Positions 59,334-64,000 of a DNA stretch of 64,000 nucleotides are shown piece by piece (position 1 is the stretch's first letter; the number at the start of each line of letters is the position of its first letter). The notes under the pieces are model-generated. The model saw only the letters and a program-made list of their open reading frames with translations, ran no database searches and was not told where the DNA came from. This DNA comes from an uncultured bacterium. Its GTDB lineage: Bacteria; Fidelibacterota; Marinisomatia; Marinisomatales; UBA1611. A program made the translations under genes and the position numbers. The stretch spans positions 480,001 to 544,000 of the forward strand of contig CALSPG010000005.1 of the NCBI GenBank assembly GCA_943788175.1, given 5' to 3'.

Positions 59334-62234
59334 ATGAAAAAACATATCTCACTAATAATTATTCTATCAGCATCTTTATTTAGCGCTCAAAATAATTTTG
59401 TTGAAAAAAAATCAGATAACAGTTTTAATGCCATGAATAGCAGTAGAACATTTCGAACTGGAGATTATGGCCTCGTTTGTCAAAATGAAAGTGGGTCTTA
59501 TAATACAGATATGGAAAACTATATTTATTCTCCAGTAATCAATGTCCCAGCTGGAGATCAAGTTGGAATTGATTTTCTTGTGAGAGGTTCTCTTCTAGAT
59601 GGTGATGCATTCCCTGAAGTCGATTATTGGGGTATGCAACTTTCTAATGATTCTGGCCAATCCTGGAATTATGTTTCAAATCCTTATGGAGATACTTCGG
59701 CAACTGCAAATAATTATGTCTATTCTGATGCCCCAGAATTTTGGAGCTTATTCTCTACAACTTACAGCGAACCGATTGATATAAGTAACTATGCCGGTTC
59801 AGCAATTCAAATGCGTTACTGGTTTCATTCAGATAGTGATGCTCCGCAAGGCGAGGGCCTATTCCTTGATGACATAACGGTAAGTGTTGATGGAGCGGAT
59901 ATTTATTTTGAAAGTTTTGAAGATAGTACAATGGCTGGCTGGGTTTCTGTTGATCAAACATCTACTCTTCCTGCCTGGCATATTGATACATACGGGGCTT
60001 ATGGTGAATCTGGACGTTCTTGGTGGATGGGAGATCCAAGTATAGGTACAAATGGAGGATATAGTGACCATTGGTATCAAGTTTTAGATACACCACCAAT
60101 TGATTTACCAAATAGTACTTCAACCTTAACTGTTTCGTTCGACCAAAAAAGAGCGATTGAAAATTTGTGTTCTGGAACTAATTGTCCTGAATGTACAGGA
60201 GGAGTTTTGTATGATGGCTGGGATGCTTTAAATGTTCGCATTTCTAGCGACGGTGGTGAGACCTGGTCCGTTTTAGAAGATGCTGTTCCAGCTTATAACT
60301 CATCAGATACGTATTGTTTTGGTTTTGAATTCGGTGAAGGTTGTGCAGTCCCTGGTTGGGGTGGAGTTGAGACTGCAACGCCGACATGGGAAGCAACGGA
60401 TGTTTCTATTCCTCAGTCTTATTATGGTCAAGAAGTCATTGTTCGTTTCGCATTTTCAGCAGACCCTGGTTATAGTACAGCGGATAATGCCGACTTAACT
60501 GGTGTTTGGATTGATAACATCGATGTTGCTGGTGTCTTTACAAATGATGGTGAAGATAGTACAGGTTTTGAATCAAAATCTCTAGTGGCTCTTGGAGGAG
60601 ATCTCTGGCATATCGAAAACATAAGCGTACCTCCTGTCATACCGATGCCAGAAAATGTTGTTGTCACTGCTGTCGATGGATCAGTTGAAGTAACTTGGAA
60701 TTCGCCTTCTGGAGATGAAGAGTATAATAATGAATGGGTCTCTTTTGATGACGGTTCATTTGAAAATGCAATCGTAGTTGGCACAGGAGGGCAAGGGTAT
60801 ATTGGTACAAGCTTTAATATGCCTTATGGTGTTGAATCCGTAACAGTCCATTCCGCTAGGGTTCATGCAAGTGGCTCTGGTACTACAACACTGGGTGGAT
60901 TTGCCATCATAGGTGGTGTCCCATCACCTACACCGCTTTATGAGGTTAATATAACGGTAGCTGATAATAATTTTACGGATGAAATTACACTTGACTGGGC
61001 ATTCCAAAGTTCGTTTGTTGTCGCCTTATTAGTAAAAGGTCCTAGTACTGATGGCGGAACTGATGGTATAGGAATAAGTATCGATGAAAATAGTATTCCT
61101 AGTTCAAATTCTTGGTCTGGTTTAGGTGGGTGGTCACCTTGGTCAGAAGTCGCTTTGTCTAATGATGCAATTAGTGATGGTGAGTTCGGTATACAGGCTA
61201 AGGTTACTTCCGTAGGTGGTTCTACGCCAGTCTTTAATGTCTACAGGGACCCAGGTTTAGATGGAAGTAGTTTTCAGCTCATGTTCAATGGAACTGGTCT
61301 CAGCGAAACTAATTACACAGATAATATTGTTTCAAATGGAGTAGAGTATTGCTACCGAATTGCTTCAGTTTTTGACGAGGCGTTAAGTGAAAAGACCACG
61401 CCGGCCTGCGGCCTTCCTATCTCAAACACGGTTTATGATGTCATTTATGATGATGGTACAAGTGAGGATGTTATGCCTGTTGGTAATGGAAACTATCTTG
61501 CTGCGAAATTTAAGCCAGAAGGCTACCCATCAAAACTCTATGGCGCAAGTTTTTATGTGGCGGGTTCGCAATCAGGCCCTGTTTTAGTTTACGTTTGGCC
61601 TGAGGATCAAGATGGGAAACCGGATATGAACAATCCAATATTACCGGGAATAGCGAGGAACTTAATTCAAGGTTGGAATGAAGTTAATTTTGTAAATGAA
61701 GGTTTTGACTTTCCAATTGATAGTGGTTCAGTATTTGTCGGTTATCAACAGTTGAGTGTCAATTTTAATATTGGCGTTGATTGGAATAATTCATCTAATG
61801 CCTCAAACAGTATGCTTGATTTTGGCATTGGTATCGGTTGGGAACAATTGAGCAACTATTCTTCTAATGGTGTTTGGATGATTCGTGCTCAAATGGATGG
61901 AGAAAATGAAATTGCTTTAAGTAATGATAATGATTTGCTTAATCAGCTTCCGGGTGAATTTGCTTTAAGCCAGAATTACCCTAATCCATTTAACCCTACT
62001 ACAACTATTCAATTTGGGTTGGCAGAGCCTTCTATTACTTCACTTGAGATCTTTAATATTTTAGGGGAAAGCGTCACAAAAGTTGTTGATAAACCTTTAG
62101 ACGCAGGATTTTATAATTTTAGTGTATCTATGAATGGTCTTGCTTCTGGAATGTATTTTTATCGGTTAATTGCTATTAGTAGTGATGGTAAATCATTGTA
62201 TAATGATATGAAGAAGATGATTCTTGTTCGATAG
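59334..62234 (+). CDS. Secreted multidomain protein (InhA/MAM-like jelly-roll modules, FN3) with T9SS type-A-like CTD
   Basis: Two S.D.G.[ST]W...[MV]R[YF].F.[SA]D...G...D[DN]I modules, FN3-like segments, DDG[ST] motifs, LSQNYPNPFNP...KKMILVR. Confidence 0.78.
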   Translation: MKKHISLIIILSASLFSAQNNFVEKKSDNSFNAMNSSRTFRTGDYGLVCQNESGSYNTDMENYIYSPVINVPAGDQVGIDFLVRGSLLDGDAFPEVDYWGMQLSNDSGQSWNYVSNPYGDTSATANNYVYSDAPEFWSLFSTTYSEPIDISNYAGSAIQMRYWFHSDSDAPQGEGLFLDDITVSVDGADIYFESFEDSTMAGWVSVDQTSTLPAWHIDTYGAYGESGRSWWMGDPSIGTNGGYSDHWYQVLDTPPIDLPNSTSTLTVSFDQKRAIENLCSGTNCPECTGGVLYDGWDALNVRISSDGGETWSVLEDAVPAYNSSDTYCFGFEFGEGCAVPGWGGVETATPTWEATDVSIPQSYYGQEVIVRFAFSADPGYSTADNADLTGVWIDNIDVAGVFTNDGEDSTGFESKSLVALGGDLWHIENISVPPVIPMPENVVVTAVDGSVEVTWNSPSGDEEYNNEWVSFDDGSFENAIVVGTGGQGYIGTSFNMPYGVESVTVHSARVHASGSGTTTLGGFAIIGGVPSPTPLYEVNITVADNNFTDEITLDWAFQSSFVVALLVKGPSTDGGTDGIGISIDENSIPSSNSWSGLGGWSPWSEVALSNDAISDGEFGIQAKVTSVGGSTPVFNVYRDPGLDGSSFQLMFNGTGLSETNYTDNIVSNGVEYCYRIASVFDEALSEKTTPACGLPISNTVYDVIYDDGTSEDVMPVGNGNYLAAKFKPEGYPSKLYGASFYVAGSQSGPVLVYVWPEDQDGKPDMNNPILPGIARNLIQGWNEVNFVNEGFDFPIDSGSVFVGYQQLSVNFNIGVDWNNSSNASNSMLDFGIGIGWEQLSNYSSNGVWMIRAQMDGENEIALSNDNDLLNQLPGEFALSQNYPNPFNPTTTIQFGLAEPSITSLEIFNILGESVTKVVDKPLDAGFYNFSVSMNGLASGMYFYRLIAISSDGKSLYNDMKKMILVR

Positions 62235-62240
62235 GAGTGC

Positions 62241-64000
62241 ATGATAAAAGCAGCGACGTCCCTACTTATTTTTGCATTAATTGCGCAACCGGTAATAATG
62301 GTTGCGCAAAGTGCAAGCATTGTGGACGGTAATAATTTAGATCCTGCATTTACAAATAATAGGCAAATCCCTTGTGCAACGCCTGACCCTACTGTAGATC
62401 AAATTATTCAATCTAAGACTGAAGTTGACGATTGGCTTCTTCAAAATAATACTCGGGATAGAGATCAGGTCATTATTTATGTTGTTTGGCACGCAATTCA
62501 TGCAAGCGATAACACCGGAAATATTTCTGAGTCTAGAATTTCTGGCCAGATTGATGCTATGAATGTTGCATATAGTAATAATAGTACAAATATTTCTTTT
62601 ATTTTGGATAGTATTAATAGAGTCGAAAATGATGACTGGTTTTCTGGCTGGTCTTCAGATACTGAAGGACTCGATGGTGAGGGCATGCAGGCTTTATCTT
62701 TTGACCCGGCTCATTATCTAAATATCTATAGTGTTGAGCTTTGGAATTCTGGTTCTGGTGGGTTTGTTACATATGGATATACTTATTCACCTCACACTAA
62801 TAATTACCCAGAAGATCACTACAGGCAAGGGTTTACCATTGACCATAAGGTAGTTTATGGTGGATCTAGTTACAGTTCTTCAACGGCTCCACATGAAGCG
62901 GGGCACTATTTGGGTTTGTATCATACATTTCAAACTGATTGTGTTGCTCCTGATGACGCCGTTGATGACACACCCCGAAATGATAGTGAATATGTTCAAA
63001 CTTGTTCGAACCAAGATACTTGTCCGGATGATCCTGGTAATGACCCAGTAGAAAATTATATGAACTATAGCGATGATTGGTGTCAAACAGTTTTTACTCC
63101 TGGTCAATCAGATAGAATGCATGCTATTATTGATTTATATCATCCTAGCTTATTAGATAATCAAGCATTTTATCCGTTATTAGCAGTGGATGGTTATAGC
63201 TTTCTTCAAGATACTGATGGTGATAGTCGTTTTAACCCCGGGGATACTTCCAGAGTAAAGATTGTTATGGCGAACGAATGGGGCGGAGATGCGGTCAATA
63301 TCGCTCTTACTCTCGAAAGTAATGACCCTAGAATTACTATTTTAGATAATAGTATAAGTTTTGATGGTTCTCCTCTTGGTGATATTACGATACCGCCAGG
63401 TGAGATTTCTTCCACTGTTTTTGATTGGTTTTTAGTAACCGCTGATGCGGGAGCTATTCCAGGCACAATTCCTTGTACGGTTACGATTACAGCTGGAACG
63501 GAAGAATATCCTTATCAAGAAGTTGTGGATTTAAATTTAGATTTAACGTTGTCTCAGTTTGGTTTTCCTCTTTCAGGCATCGTTGTAAAGTCTTCGCCAG
63601 TTGTGGCTGATTTAAACAATGATGGATTAAAAGAAATTTATTTTGGATCTGATAATGAAGCGCTCCACGGCTACAATTCTTTTGGTGAAGAGCTCGACGG
63701 TTTTCCATTTGAGTCAACCGATAGAGTTCGTTCTAGTCCTGCTATTGGTGATGTAGACAATGATGGTGAAATGGAGATTGTTTTTGGTAATAGTTCTGGA
63801 AAACTTTATATCATTGATTCTAATGGTTCTAGGCAATTAGCGTATACTATTTTAGGATTTATTGAAGGTTCTCCAGCTCTAGTAGATATTGATGGTGATC
63901 AAGATTTAGAAATCGCGTTTACAACAACGACTTCATCTGGTGGGCAGCTTTATGTGATTCATCATAATGGTATTACTGTGTCTGGTTTTCCAAAAGAACT
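62241..64000 (+). CDS. Secreted M43 (pappalysin/ulilysin-like) zinc metalloprotease with FG-GAP repeats; 3' end outside window
   Basis: ATG 62241 after GGAG, same frame at the window end; HEAGHYLGLYHTF from 62892, NYMNYSDD Met-turn, then SSPVVADLNNDG and SSPAIGDVDNDG repeats. Not on the ORF track. Confidence 0.88.
   Translation, partial: MIKAATSLLIFALIAQPVIMVAQSASIVDGNNLDPAFTNNRQIPCATPDPTVDQIIQSKTEVDDWLLQNNTRDRDQVIIYVVWHAIHASDNTGNISESRISGQIDAMNVAYSNNSTNISFILDSINRVENDDWFSGWSSDTEGLDGEGMQALSFDPAHYLNIYSVELWNSGSGGFVTYGYTYSPHTNNYPEDHYRQGFTIDHKVVYGGSSYSSSTAPHEAGHYLGLYHTFQTDCVAPDDAVDDTPRNDSEYVQTCSNQDTCPDDPGNDPVENYMNYSDDWCQTVFTPGQSDRMHAIIDLYHPSLLDNQAFYPLLAVDGYSFLQDTDGDSRFNPGDTSRVKIVMANEWGGDAVNIALTLESNDPRITILDNSISFDGSPLGDITIPPGEISSTVFDWFLVTADAGAIPGTIPCTVTITAGTEEYPYQEVVDLNLDLTLSQFGFPLSGIVVKSSPVVADLNNDGLKEIYFGSDNEALHGYNSFGEELDGFPFESTDRVRSSPAIGDVDNDGEMEIVFGNSSGKLYIIDSNGSRQLAYTILGFIEGSPALVDIDGDQDLEIAFTTTTSSGGQLYVIHHNGITVSGFPKE

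Noticed and set aside
149-63717. Numerous 60-145 aa antisense or nested ORFs on the track
   Set aside because: They lie within well-supported genes and show no recognisable motifs; treated as shadow ORFs.
1-64000. CRISPR array, tRNA/rRNA, riboswitch, diversity-generating retroelement
   Set aside because: No regularly spaced repeats, cloverleaf, recognisable aptamer, reverse transcriptase or adenine-specific TR/VR pair seen by eye; a covariance-model search could still find small RNAs.

Overview
AT-rich bacterial chromosome segment with an FCB-superphylum gene repertoire: many secreted proteins with T9SS/FlgD-Ig C-terminal domains (CTDs), PorV/PorQ-family barrels and TonB-dependent receptors (TBDRs). 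It resembles Marinimicrobia/SAR406 or a relative (inference from gene content only). Two surface loci (3.7-15.9 kb and 42.6-64 kb) share one architecture: TBDR, then a giant protein with an atypical VVPNPY...G[RK]FA[IV]I[KR] CTD, then a translationally coupled PorV/PorQ-family gene, flanked by canonical NYPNPFNP-CTD cargo. In locus 2 the PorV-like gene and the cargo tail are duplicated almost identically, and the modules of the locus-1 cargo appear split between two proteins. The middle of the window holds a probable peptidoglycan-scavenging cluster (amidase, NamZ, GH18, lysA), glpK, a SelW-like selenoprotein missed by the ORF track (in-frame TGA plus SECIS-like hairpin), a lexA-imuB-dnaE2 cassette with a candidate direct-repeat operator and a coupled small ORF, a cytochrome c/YceI/DUF5777 cluster, mutM, and tig-clpP-clpX (ClpX lacks its Zn-binding domain). 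Short indels break seven genes between about 35.6 and 53 kb and are most likely sequencing errors. I saw no tRNA, rRNA, CRISPR array, IS element or prophage.
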